From a virus, in IMG/VR virus record IMGVR_UViG_3300036766_001333, positions 1 to 64,000 of that record: a stretch of 64,000 bases of DNA; one strand, 5' to 3'. The notes below the pieces were generated by a model. The model was not told where the DNA came from. It made no database searches and was given only the letters and a program-made list of their open reading frames with translations. This document shows, in pieces, positions 30,037 through 39,494 of this stretch (its first letter is position 1; each line of letters opens with the position of its first letter). The position numbers and the translations under genes are program-made.

Positions 30037-32256
30037 ATGCCAGCAATCCCAGAATTATTATACCCTGTAGATTTAGATTCAGACTATACATTATTCAAAG
30101 CGTATAATAGTACGCAAGGCATCCTTTCTAAAAACATAGACTTAGAAACAGATGAAATTGAACTAATAACCAAAGATGATTATAATTGGCCAGGTAACGG
30201 TTTTGTAACCATAGAAGAAGAGTTAATTTATTACGATCAGACTGAAAGAAATGACTTTGGAAAATTAATAAAATTAAAAAAGTGCTTAAGAGCCATAGAA
30301 GGAAAAAGAGCAGCACATTTAGCTGGATGTCCCATATATGGAAATGTAGTGGCGCAACATCACAATCGCCTAGTTGATTCAATAGTTCAAATAGAACATA
30401 CAATAGGAGATTTAAGAGAATTATTAAACACGCCAGAGCAAATGTTAATTGCAAATGTAGATATGGGATTTTCGGAATCTCTCCATGCTGCTTTAGGGAA
30501 TTTAACATATTGCGCACCTGTTGGAGATGATGCGTGTCCAGATGTAGAATTTGAATTTAATTTTTTGTCTCCAACAGAAGCAGAATTTTGTTTAAGAATA
30601 TTTGGAGAATATACATCTTTTAAAATAGATTTTGATGATGGTAATTTTACTACAACTGAATTTGCTGGAACGCATACTTATAGCGGAGCAGGAACATATA
30701 GTCCCACAGTTACAGTGGAATCACTAAAATGTTGTATTTTACAACAACCAACAACCCCTACAGAGGGATGTGAAGCCCCAATATTGCCAACACCTTCAAT
30801 ACCGTTTTCTGTAAAAATACCAGACGTTCCAGAATTCCCATCTTTTATTAGGCCAAGTCAAACATGCCCAGGACAATTATTTAATTTGCCGCCTATATTA
30901 ATTCCGTCGATGACTGCATGTGAGCCAAGTTCTACTTTTTTATGTACTCCTATAGATTGTCCAGAAAACAGTCAAATATGCAGTTTTATAATAAGTGTTA
31001 TTGGAGATGTCTTCCCAAGTATAATAAGCATAGAAGGCTGTTGTCCTCCAAGCATTATTTCAATAATTAGTTGCACTTTTCCTAGTGAAATATCAATAGT
31101 TGGCTGTTGTCCTCCTAGCGTTATTAGCATAGAAGGCTGTTGTCCTCCTAGCGTTATTAGCATAGAAGGCTGTTGTCCGCCTAGCATCATTAGCATAGTT
31201 GGTTGTTGTCCGCCTAGCATCATTAGTTTTAATTGTTGTGTCCCAAGTGAAATAACTTTCAATTGTTGTCCTCCCAGCGAAATATCAATAGTTGGCTGTT
31301 GCCCTCCTAGTGTCATCAGTTTTGATTGTTGCAATTTCCCAAGCATAATATCTTTTGCAGATTGTTGTAATTTCCCAAGCACTATTAGCCTTATTGCAAA
31401 ATGTTGTGAATTCCCTAGCGTTATTAGCATGACATGTTGTGATATACCTAGTGAAATCAAACTTGTCGGTCCTAGTGAAATCAAACTTGTCGGTCCTAGT
31501 GAAATCAAACTTGTCGGTGCCCCTAGTGAAATCACCATTGTTGGGACAATACCTAGTGAAATTACACTTACTGGCACAGCAGCAATCCCTAGTGAAATTA
31601 AAATTATATGTTGCACTATACCTAGCGAAATTAAAGTTACTTGCTGCGAAAATCCTCCAAGTTTTGATTGTATTAAATTCTGTGACCCTCCAAGTTTTTC
31701 GCCTATACAGTTTGGTACACCACCTACAGTTAATGTTAATTGGGGAAGTCCGCCAACATTGTCTTGCATTGTTAGTGTGAATTGTCCATCCACATCAAAC
31801 ATGGCTGGTCCTCTTGAAGAGTTTGAAAATGCAATAGGGGGAGGAGAAATTCCTAATATACCTGTAGCTTATGAAATACCAGAAGTAATAAAACTGGTAC
31901 ATAATCTACCTAGAGAATTAACCCTAAAGGTTCCTGAGAACATAGTTATAAAAACAGACATGCCTACCTCGATAAAATTAGAGGCAGCAGATTTGCCCAA
32001 AAGTATAAAGCTAGAACCGGCACCTAATTTTCCAAGTGTAATAAGGGTAGTGGATATGCCGGATACTTTGTCTGTAACTGGAATACCTAAATCAATTGAA
32101 ATTATTGGTTTCCCAAGTTTTATTCAAATGGTTATGCCAGAGAATCCAGTTGTTGAAATGAAATACATGGGAGGTGCAATGCCTCTTGATGTAAGAGTTC
32201 ATCTAACAATAGACAAAATCCTTAGTGATATCATTATTGCCAATCCAGCTAACTAA
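30037..32256 (+). CDS. PKD-domain fibre-like protein with dicysteine repeat shaft
   Basis: IDFDDG...H.Y...G.Y PKD domain; long PS[IVE]I[ST]..GCC repeat tract; probable start MPAIP at 30037. Confidence 0.75.
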   Translation: MPAIPELLYPVDLDSDYTLFKAYNSTQGILSKNIDLETDEIELITKDDYNWPGNGFVTIEEELIYYDQTERNDFGKLIKLKKCLRAIEGKRAAHLAGCPIYGNVVAQHHNRLVDSIVQIEHTIGDLRELLNTPEQMLIANVDMGFSESLHAALGNLTYCAPVGDDACPDVEFEFNFLSPTEAEFCLRIFGEYTSFKIDFDDGNFTTTEFAGTHTYSGAGTYSPTVTVESLKCCILQQPTTPTEGCEAPILPTPSIPFSVKIPDVPEFPSFIRPSQTCPGQLFNLPPILIPSMTACEPSSTFLCTPIDCPENSQICSFIISVIGDVFPSIISIEGCCPPSIISIISCTFPSEISIVGCCPPSVISIEGCCPPSVISIEGCCPPSIISIVGCCPPSIISFNCCVPSEITFNCCPPSEISIVGCCPPSVISFDCCNFPSIISFADCCNFPSTISLIAKCCEFPSVISMTCCDIPSEIKLVGPSEIKLVGPSEIKLVGAPSEITIVGTIPSEITLTGTAAIPSEIKIICCTIPSEIKVTCCENPPSFDCIKFCDPPSFSPIQFGTPPTVNVNWGSPPTLSCIVSVNCPSTSNMAGPLEEFENAIGGGEIPNIPVAYEIPEVIKLVHNLPRELTLKVPENIVIKTDMPTSIKLEAADLPKSIKLEPAPNFPSVIRVVDMPDTLSVTGIPKSIEIIGFPSFIQMVMPENPVVEMKYMGGAMPLDVRVHLTIDKILSDIIIANPAN
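31012..31650 (+). repeat. degenerate 24-36 bp coding tandem repeats (PSxIS..CC / PSEIKLVG)
   Basis: About 20 PSxI units; exact 24-mer cctagtgaaatcaaacttgtcggt x3 at 31447-31518. Confidence 0.9.
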
Positions 32257-32293
32257 GTTAAAATGTGGCACAAAATATAAAAGGAATCAATAA

Positions 32294-33127
32294 ATGTTAG
32301 GAGCTATTAAAAAACATAGAAATAAAAACGATTATTGTCTCGTAGATGGCGGATTGTGGATCAGAAATTTTACTAAGAGTTCGGTAAAAGAAATTGACAT
32401 TAACAATTTAATAACATCTAATGATATGGAACTGATGCTTAATAATGAAATACAAAATCATCAGAAGATATTGCAAAAAATAGAAACAGAGTCTTTCAAT
32501 CACCCAAATATTATTATAATAAGTAGCGGGTTCAAATTCGAAGAAGAACAGCATCTTCTTGAATCACTTAAAGACAACACCATTGTTATAGGGGTTAATG
32601 AAACTTTAGATAAATGGAATGTTCCAGTTAAGATGTTTTATTATGTGATTAATAATCCATATGAAGAATGTTTAAATTTTATTCCTAAAAATCAAAAGGT
32701 TTGGCCAAGATACATATGTTCTTCAAGGACTAATCCAAAATTTATAGAAAAAACTAAAGGACTTATTTACACATATGCTCCAGTATGTGATGAAAATTAT
32801 AGTGGATTAAAGTCAGAAGCAGATTATTATATAGATGATTATAGAAATCCTATTGCTGCCGCTATCTGTTTGGCCTATAAGTTTAACGTAGAAAAGTTAA
32901 TGTTACTTTTTTCAGATGAAATTTACGAAGAACAACGTCCGGCAACTGTTGAAATTTCAAAAGGAATATGGACATATCCTCAGCAAAAAATAGCACATTC
33001 AATTATAGATGGTAATTTACATTGGTTAAAAACTAAAGAAATAAAAATAAGTTATTATCCAAAATGCATAGAATATAAAAATGCAGAATATATAGACAAA
33101 GAAGGGTTGAAAGACTTTTTTAAATAG
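32294..33127 (+). CDS. Rossmann-like protein, Maf/glycosyltransferase-related
   Basis: IIIISSG, VIGVN, AI.LAY..NVEKL.L resemble a Maf/MptE-like scaffold. Confidence 0.45.
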   Translation: MLGAIKKHRNKNDYCLVDGGLWIRNFTKSSVKEIDINNLITSNDMELMLNNEIQNHQKILQKIETESFNHPNIIIISSGFKFEEEQHLLESLKDNTIVIGVNETLDKWNVPVKMFYYVINNPYEECLNFIPKNQKVWPRYICSSRTNPKFIEKTKGLIYTYAPVCDENYSGLKSEADYYIDDYRNPIAAAICLAYKFNVEKLMLLFSDEIYEEQRPATVEISKGIWTYPQQKIAHSIIDGNLHWLKTKEIKISYYPKCIEYKNAEYIDKEGLKDFFK

Positions 33128-33140
33128 TCTTTAGATTAAA

Positions 33141-33446
33141 ATGAATACAGAACCATCTTTTTCATTAAATAATTTCAAAAAATGGATGTCAACACAAAAA
33201 GAAATATTTTTAAAACGTGAAACTATCACCAACAGTTCCAATTTAGTTGGATTACATGTAGAATCTAGACTCAGTGCCAAAAAACTACAAGACAGAATAT
33301 TTAGTGAAGAAGGAAATATCCATGCTATGGCTAAGAATTTTAAAAAAAATGGAGGATTAGTAACTAACATTGATGAAGATCACAATTTATTCATAAAAGT
33401 AGACGGTGGCACTTTCCGTATTCATAAAATATTCGTTAAAATTTAA
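33141..33446 (+). CDS. hypothetical protein
   Basis: ORF track; FSLNNFKKWM near N-terminus. Confidence 0.6.
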   Translation: MNTEPSFSLNNFKKWMSTQKEIFLKRETITNSSNLVGLHVESRLSAKKLQDRIFSEEGNIHAMAKNFKKNGGLVTNIDEDHNLFIKVDGGTFRIHKIFVKI

Positions 33447-33591
33447 TTTTAGACTTACTCACATAAAGTATATCAAGCAAGACATTGATAAAGTCAATCG
33501 TTTTCTTATCAATGGGTTGAAATTGATCTAAAAATTGAGCTATTGCCTCAATTCCAAGTTTAGTTTTTTCTGAATCGGATAATTCAATCAT
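33436..33591 (-). CDS. small hypothetical protein (51 aa, not in ORF track)
   Basis: Hand translation MIELSDSEKTKLGIEAIAQFLDQFQPIDKKTIDFINVLLDILYVSKSKIKF fills the gap exactly. Confidence 0.4.
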   Translation of the reverse strand: MIELSDSEKTKLGIEAIAQFLDQFQPIDKKTIDFINVLLDILYVSKSKIKF

Positions 33592-33913
33592 GGCTATTCC
33601 TTTCCCAAGATATAAAAAAATAAAAGATAGATATTGTATTGGATACTATGGTTATGACAAATCCATAGTATCCAAATTAATCAAAGCAAGACCTATAATA
33701 GAAAATCAACTTCCAGGAATTATTATTTATTTATCATTTCAAAATGAAATGTATGATTCATTAAGCGAAGAAAAAAATATAATTTATGTAACAGATTTAT
33801 CTAAACATAGCGGCGAGCTAGCTTGCTTTAGAGAAATTCATGATAATATTGTCAATCCTGTAGAAAAGTTACTAGAAGAATCAAATATTACATTTACTTT
33901 TGAAAATTTATAA
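33590..33913 (+). CDS. hypothetical protein
   Basis: ORF track. Confidence 0.55.
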   Translation: MAIPFPRYKKIKDRYCIGYYGYDKSIVSKLIKARPIIENQLPGIIIYLSFQNEMYDSLSEEKNIIYVTDLSKHSGELACFREIHDNIVNPVEKLLEESNITFTFENL

Positions 33914-33967
33914 GAATCTGCATAGATATAAATGACAGGGACGAGTATTCACAAGGAGTGTTTAAAA

Positions 33968-34552
33968 ATGAGCGTATTTAGAGTTAAATTACAAATGTTA
34001 CCAAATCAAGGTCAAATGGATATTAATCCAACTACAGGATTGCCATTTACCACAAGTATTCAACGTACTATGTACGTAGCTGGCCCAAGGCGTATTTATC
34101 GTAAGTTATTTGATGGTGAAACTTTCACTGATTGCAATTACTGGAAGCGATTTGCACAACCTCAGGCTTCCGCAGACACCGCTTTTATTGAAGTAGTAAC
34201 AGACGATGGAAGTGTTTATTCTGATATAGAAGAAGAAAATACTTTCCCAAGAAGCTACTCAGTATCCGTACTTTCCAGTGATACCTTTGACACTAACTTC
34301 ATTGATATCCTTGGCGATCTTGGTGGTGCTGCTAACTTCGTTCAGATCACGAATACAGGCACGTCTTCACCTAGCCAAGACGTAACAATAGAACTCAACG
34401 GTTCCTCTGATGCAACATTCGTATTAAAGGCAGGCGATACTCAGGTATTCAATGCTGGCGATCTTGCAGTCACAGCCCTTGCTTTTGATGGAGGATCATC
34501 TACCGCAGTAGTTAACATCCTCTTGGGCGTACACGTTCAATGTGCTAGCTAA
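33968..34552 (+). CDS. putative abundant virion structural protein
   Basis: AAGGAG RBS, TAGATA box upstream, beta-rich T/S/D/V composition, own terminator. Confidence 0.55.
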   Translation: MSVFRVKLQMLPNQGQMDINPTTGLPFTTSIQRTMYVAGPRRIYRKLFDGETFTDCNYWKRFAQPQASADTAFIEVVTDDGSVYSDIEEENTFPRSYSVSVLSSDTFDTNFIDILGDLGGAANFVQITNTGTSSPSQDVTIELNGSSDATFVLKAGDTQVFNAGDLAVTALAFDGGSSTAVVNILLGVHVQCAS

Positions 34553-34568
34553 ATTTAACGACTTTCAG

Positions 34569-34598
34569 GTTAAGGCCGGGTTTTCGCCCGGCCTTAAC
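34569..34598. terminator. intrinsic terminator-like hairpin
   Basis: gttaaggccggg-ttttcg-cccggccttaac, perfect 12-bp stem. Confidence 0.85.
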
Positions 34599-34609
34599 TA
34601 TTTTAAGAT

Positions 34610-35626
34610 ATGCTATTAAAAAGAACACTCTCAAAAAGAAATTTAGTTAAAGCCCCAGAAATATCCTTAAAAGATTTCCACCGAAAAAGAAATTCAATAT
34701 TGATAATAAGAAATGCCAGAGGTATAGGCGACATTCTAATGCATAGAATGATGTTTGAAGATTTTAAGCGTATTATGCCTGAATGTCGTTTAATTTTTGC
34801 TTGTCCTAAACAATATCATGATTTAGTTAAAGATCACCCTTATGTTGATGAAGTAGTAGATTCCGCAACTGTTAATCGTTTCAATTATATTGTATCTTAC
34901 GATACTAGTTATTGTGATATAAGATATGAGTGTAGTATGGCTCCCTATATAGATAAACATCGAGCAGATATATGGGCAGAGCATTGTGGTGTTATTCTTA
35001 CTAAACATAACATGCATTTATCATTTTTAGATGCCGAGAGTCTTCAATTTGGTATTTTACAAGTTCGACAAGCCAAAAATATGAACATGCAACTATATGA
35101 CAAAAATAGTCCAAGCGTATTATTCTGTCCTATTGCTTTTGATAAATTGAGGTCTTTAACCAACAAACACATAGAGGATGTGGTTTCGTACTTAAGAGAA
35201 AAAGGAGTCTTTGTTTATAGTACTCACCAAACTAAGATTCCAATATTAAATGATCTTAATGTCCCAACATTTACAGGCTACAGTACTAAAGAATGGCTAA
35301 GTTTTATTCATGCAGCAGATTATGTAATATCAGTAGATACAGCATCTTTTCACTATGCAGGGGGCATTAAAAAACCATTAGTTGGAATTTTCACTTACGC
35401 AGATGGCAAATATAGAGGCAAATACTTTGATTTTACATTGGTACAAAAGCATAGAGATAATGGGGATTGGCCATGTGGTCCATGCTATAATCATACAATG
35501 TGTACCCATCCAAAATGTAAAAATCCAAGTTCGTTAACCGAAACTAAGCCATGTTTGACAGAATTGAAATCCAGTGAGATTATTGATGGTATAGAAAAAA
35601 TGTTTGAAAAACATCCTTTTGGTTAA
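34610..35626 (+). CDS. glycosyltransferase family 9 (heptosyltransferase-like)
   Basis: RGIGDILM, HPYVDEV, I..ADYVISVDTA..HYAG, C.PC. Confidence 0.85.
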   Translation: MLLKRTLSKRNLVKAPEISLKDFHRKRNSILIIRNARGIGDILMHRMMFEDFKRIMPECRLIFACPKQYHDLVKDHPYVDEVVDSATVNRFNYIVSYDTSYCDIRYECSMAPYIDKHRADIWAEHCGVILTKHNMHLSFLDAESLQFGILQVRQAKNMNMQLYDKNSPSVLFCPIAFDKLRSLTNKHIEDVVSYLREKGVFVYSTHQTKIPILNDLNVPTFTGYSTKEWLSFIHAADYVISVDTASFHYAGGIKKPLVGIFTYADGKYRGKYFDFTLVQKHRDNGDWPCGPCYNHTMCTHPKCKNPSSLTETKPCLTELKSSEIIDGIEKMFEKHPFG

Positions 35627-35657
35627 AAATTAACCAAATGAGTAATAACTATATATT

Positions 35658-35861
35658 ATGGCATATTTAATAAAAGCTCCTATCTCAACTCAAGGAAATG
35701 AGTGTATTATTCATTTAGAAATTTCTTTAAATGTTAATGTAAATGGACAAGAACAAAAACCAGGACAAGTTCTAGAAGAAAAAAAAGAGGAAGAACATAA
35801 TTGGCCAATGCCTGAATTTGATTCATCCAACAAAATAAATTTTGGAAAGGAAAAATCATGA
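35658..35861 (+). CDS. small hypothetical protein coupled to the actin-like gene
   Basis: ATGA stop/start overlap with next gene. Confidence 0.6.
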   Translation: MAYLIKAPISTQGNECIIHLEISLNVNVNGQEQKPGQVLEEKKEEEHNWPMPEFDSSNKINFGKEKS

Positions 35862-36889
35862 GTATATCTGTAGATTGTGGTACTTATAATTTAGTAGCTT
35901 GCACCAGGGACGAAAACAATGGCTTCAAAAAGAAAAGAGAAGTAAATGCATTTGTTCAACTTTCATTAGAGGATAAATTTCTTTTTAATATGATGCGAGG
36001 CAAAAATGTACCAATTTTAGAAGAAAAAAGAAAAGATGGACAAAAAAATAAAGTAGGCTACTTATTAGGAGAATCAGCAATTAGCATGGCCCTTGCATTT
36101 AATCAAGTTGAACTAAAAAGACCAATGCGTAGTGGATGTGTTAATCCTAAAGAATCAAATGCCTTTGAAATATTAAAGGTAATGATCCATAGCTTGCTTG
36201 AAGGCATGGTAAAACATGATAAAGAAATACTTTATTATACCATTCCCGCTGAAGCTTTAAACGAAAAAACTAACGTTGAATATCACTCTAAAATACTTGA
36301 ATTAATATTTAAGGCTTTTGAATCATCAGAAGGCTATAAAGTAACTCCAAATCCAATAAATGAAGGATTAGCACTTGTATACGCAGAATTAGAAGCTAGA
36401 AATTATACTGGATTCTCAGCTTCTTTCGGGAGCGGTATGGTAAATGTATGTTTCGCCTTATTTGGAGTGCCAGTTTTTAGTTTCGCATTAGTTAATAGTG
36501 GAGATTGGATAGATGAAACATGTGCAGAAGCAACTGGCGAATCAATAGCTTTTATTAACAAGGCTAAAACAGAAACAAGCTTAATAACTACTCCTACAAA
36601 TCTAATAGAACGTGCAATTCAAACTCAATATAAAATAATGATAGAAAAAACGGTTGTAGGCATTAAAAAAGGATTAGAAAATTCAAACAAAAAAGCTAGA
36701 GTAGACCAAGATGTTGATTTTGTTATAGCTGGGGGCACTTCTATGCCTGAAGGATTTGATACTTTATTTAAGGAAGTTATAATGCAAGTTGACTTGCCTA
36801 TAAAAATTGGAAACATTGTTAGACCGCCTGATCCTCTTTACAGCGTAAGTAGAGGGGCATTATTGGCTGCTGAGGCCGCTTCAAGGTAA
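35858..36889 (+). CDS. actin-like ATPase (MreB/MamK/ParM superfamily)
   Basis: SVDCGT (phosphate 1), INEGLA, SFGSG (phosphate 2), SGDWID, IAGGTS (adenosine), P...V.RG. Confidence 0.85.
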   Translation: MSISVDCGTYNLVACTRDENNGFKKKREVNAFVQLSLEDKFLFNMMRGKNVPILEEKRKDGQKNKVGYLLGESAISMALAFNQVELKRPMRSGCVNPKESNAFEILKVMIHSLLEGMVKHDKEILYYTIPAEALNEKTNVEYHSKILELIFKAFESSEGYKVTPNPINEGLALVYAELEARNYTGFSASFGSGMVNVCFALFGVPVFSFALVNSGDWIDETCAEATGESIAFINKAKTETSLITTPTNLIERAIQTQYKIMIEKTVVGIKKGLENSNKKARVDQDVDFVIAGGTSMPEGFDTLFKEVIMQVDLPIKIGNIVRPPDPLYSVSRGALLAAEAASR

Positions 36890-36906
36890 TTTATAAAGGA
36901 GACTAC

Positions 36907-37554
36907 ATGGATAATAATCATTGTGAAGGGTGCAATTGTACTTATTGTGACGAAGAAAAACAAAAAGAATTTAAAATTCTTTTAAATGACAAAAAACAAA
37001 CAATTCCTGAATTAATGTGTTGTAGCGAACAGACAATTCATACATTCATCAATCAATCTAAGGATGATGTAAAAAAACTATTAGAGGATGAAATTAAACG
37101 TAAGACTGAAGATAAAGCAGGATTATTAATTTTAAACGTCAATAAAGAACCTAAATTAGCTTATGAAAAAGAATCTTCTGAAGTTGAAGTAAAATTAAGA
37201 TCAGTTGACGGCTTAGTAAAATCTATAGAGGATACAACAACTGAACACTTAAAAGCCACATGGCGAAAATTATCTGGAGTTCTTCCAGAAAGCTATGGTA
37301 TGGATGATACTAAGAGTATAGATTTAATGGCTGATGTATTAAAAGCCATACAAAAGAAATTTGCCAGTCTAAAACTTGACTGGTCGGATGAAGGATTCTT
37401 CAAAGTATTGTTAATAAATCAAGCTAGAACCAATATAAAACAAGAATATGTTTATGACTTATATGGTTCCCTTAAATTAATGTTTGGGGAGCATGAGTCT
37501 ATAGATTTTGTAGCAGAGATAATTGGTAAAAAACTAGCATCTTTATTCTCATAG
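36907..37554 (+). CDS. hypothetical protein with Cys-rich N-terminus
   Basis: ORF with AAGGAG RBS; CEGCNCTYC. Confidence 0.6.
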   Translation: MDNNHCEGCNCTYCDEEKQKEFKILLNDKKQTIPELMCCSEQTIHTFINQSKDDVKKLLEDEIKRKTEDKAGLLILNVNKEPKLAYEKESSEVEVKLRSVDGLVKSIEDTTTEHLKATWRKLSGVLPESYGMDDTKSIDLMADVLKAIQKKFASLKLDWSDEGFFKVLLINQARTNIKQEYVYDLYGSLKLMFGEHESIDFVAEIIGKKLASLFS

Positions 37555-37600
37555 TGTACTATTATAAGTATAGTCAAATTAACAATTTAGGGAAAATACT

Positions 37601-37834
37601 ATGGAATCAGATTTAGTACATAAATCCGTATCAGATTTAGGTGCAGCCGCTTACGTTATGATGCACAAGTATAAAGTAATCGGCAGACAAGGAAAATCTA
37701 TATATTTTGAAGTAGAAGAAAAAGAACAAGATGCATTTGATAATTTAGTGCTAGAATATCTATCAAGTGAATTTCACCGATTTGATTCATGCTTAATGTC
37801 ATTGAAGAAAATCGGTGAATTTATGCCAAAATAA
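37601..37834 (+). CDS. small hypothetical protein (DUF5659-like)
   Basis: SDLGAAAY.....Y........IYF pattern. Confidence 0.5.
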   Translation: MESDLVHKSVSDLGAAAYVMMHKYKVIGRQGKSIYFEVEEKEQDAFDNLVLEYLSSEFHRFDSCLMSLKKIGEFMPK

Positions 37835-37846
37835 ACTAAATAAATC

Positions 37847-39124
37847 ATGCAACCACAATATGAGCCAGCCGACGCACAATCAATAGATTATTTAGATAAA
37901 CAAATAGATTCTTTATTTGATGAACTTAAAAAAAGAATCTATGATTTAACGGCACCTCGTAGCACTTGGTTCGATAAGATGAAAGGCTGGACTGGCAAGC
38001 AAATGAGAACATTTGCGGATCGTTTACAACAACCCAAACAAAATCCATTATTTGCCAAAGGACCAACTCAAGAAAACAATTTATCACTTAATTTAGAACA
38101 ATATGCTCAAATTAAGGTTTTAGTTGAAGAATTAGAAATTAAAATAAACGAAAACAATGGATTTATTGATAATATTTTAGATCAATATAAAACAAGATTG
38201 AAAAATTTAATAAAATCGTATGTTGCAAGACCTAAAGTAGTTCCAAGAGTTATTAAAAGCGAACCTAATGTAGAAAAGTCATTTACAGGAAGTGAGTTTG
38301 ATGAAAGAATTCCTGGCGGCTATGTTCAGCATGATCCTTGGACGTTAGAGCCGCATAAGGAAGAACCAGAAGCAGAAGAACCCCCTTCAAAAATAGAGCC
38401 TAAAGCAGAACCTACACCTATACCTAAAATAGAACCAGAAAAAACTACTCAAGCACCTACAGAACCTAGAAGAAGGAAAAGGAGAGAACGAATTCTTCCA
38501 CAAACTCAAGAAGAAGCTCCTAAAGTAAGGCAAGTATCGCCAGAAGATGTAGAAAACATTAAATTAGGCTATGCTCTTGATCTTGCCAAGCATTTATTTG
38601 GGACGCCTTCAGAAAGCGACCTTAAAATGGCAATTGAACAAACAAAAGATCATGATATAGGTCAAATTGATGCAAGTCGTTATAATGATTTTATAAAGAT
38701 TGCAAAAGAATTTAAAAATAAGAATTCTGCACAACCAATGGCGGCATCAGAATCACCAACTCAACAGCCTCAAATTGGCCCTATGGACGTTCCCCCTGCA
38801 CCTGCATCAAACGAAAAAACCAAAGATCAATTGCTTGCAATGACCGGAAAAGAATTAAAAGATTTCTTAAAAGATCATGATCCAGAATTAGTAGATGCTT
38901 ACAATGATAGAGAGTGGCACAGTAAACATTTAAGAAAAGAAATAGTTTTAAGTTACCTAGCTTCTAAAAATCACAAAAGACAATCTGAATCTTTCGAAGG
39001 AAGAATTCAACTATATAAAACATTACTTAGGGAAGATGTCAGGCCCAAATTAATTCATTATCAATTACAAAATATTCCATTTAATGAAAAACTATCTATG
39101 ATTTTAAAAAGGATTAAAGATTAG
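37847..39124 (+). CDS. hypothetical protein with Pro/Glu-rich linkers, possible internal head protein
   Basis: TAAATA 4 nt before ATG; low-complexity segments. Confidence 0.6.
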   Translation: MQPQYEPADAQSIDYLDKQIDSLFDELKKRIYDLTAPRSTWFDKMKGWTGKQMRTFADRLQQPKQNPLFAKGPTQENNLSLNLEQYAQIKVLVEELEIKINENNGFIDNILDQYKTRLKNLIKSYVARPKVVPRVIKSEPNVEKSFTGSEFDERIPGGYVQHDPWTLEPHKEEPEAEEPPSKIEPKAEPTPIPKIEPEKTTQAPTEPRRRKRRERILPQTQEEAPKVRQVSPEDVENIKLGYALDLAKHLFGTPSESDLKMAIEQTKDHDIGQIDASRYNDFIKIAKEFKNKNSAQPMAASESPTQQPQIGPMDVPPAPASNEKTKDQLLAMTGKELKDFLKDHDPELVDAYNDREWHSKHLRKEIVLSYLASKNHKRQSESFEGRIQLYKTLLREDVRPKLIHYQLQNIPFNEKLSMILKRIKD

Positions 39125-39494
39125 CCTTTTTAAGCATTTTTTGAATATCTGAAGGGTTCACATAAGGAGTTTTTACAGTTTCGGGAGGTTTGTCTATAAT
39201 TTTTAGTTTTTCTGCTGTTAGTGGCTTTTCTTTTTCATAATCATCAATGATTTTAGCATGATTTGGATTATCCTTATATAAAACCTGTTCTTCAGCTATA
39301 GAAACAACATGCGAAAGAAAAATATAGTTTTTGCAATTGGTAATATGATGTGTCATTAAAATCCCATCATCATCTATTGAATCAATTTTCCCGGTAAAGT
39401 AATCCACCATTTGTTCATATTGAAATTTAAAATTTATAGCTAGTGTTGTAACAGTACAAACTTTGTTGATAAAGTATTTTAAATTTTCTTTCAT
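39114..39494 (-). CDS. hypothetical protein, possible Sm-like fold
   Basis: L..F.NK.CTV...FTGKIDSID..GI.M pattern; coupled to primase. Confidence 0.5.
   Translation of the reverse strand: MKENLKYFINKVCTVTTLAINFKFQYEQMVDYFTGKIDSIDDDGILMTHHITNCKNYIFLSHVVSIAEEQVLYKDNPNHAKIIDDYEKEKPLTAEKLKIIDKPPETVKTPYVNPSDIQKMLKKANL

Noticed and set aside
30972-31802. 276-aa antisense ORF with LGGQQP repeats, and the 31439-31780 alternate-frame ORF
   Set aside because: Shadows of the CC-repeat tract; the plus-strand gene has a PKD domain and the shared N-terminal domain
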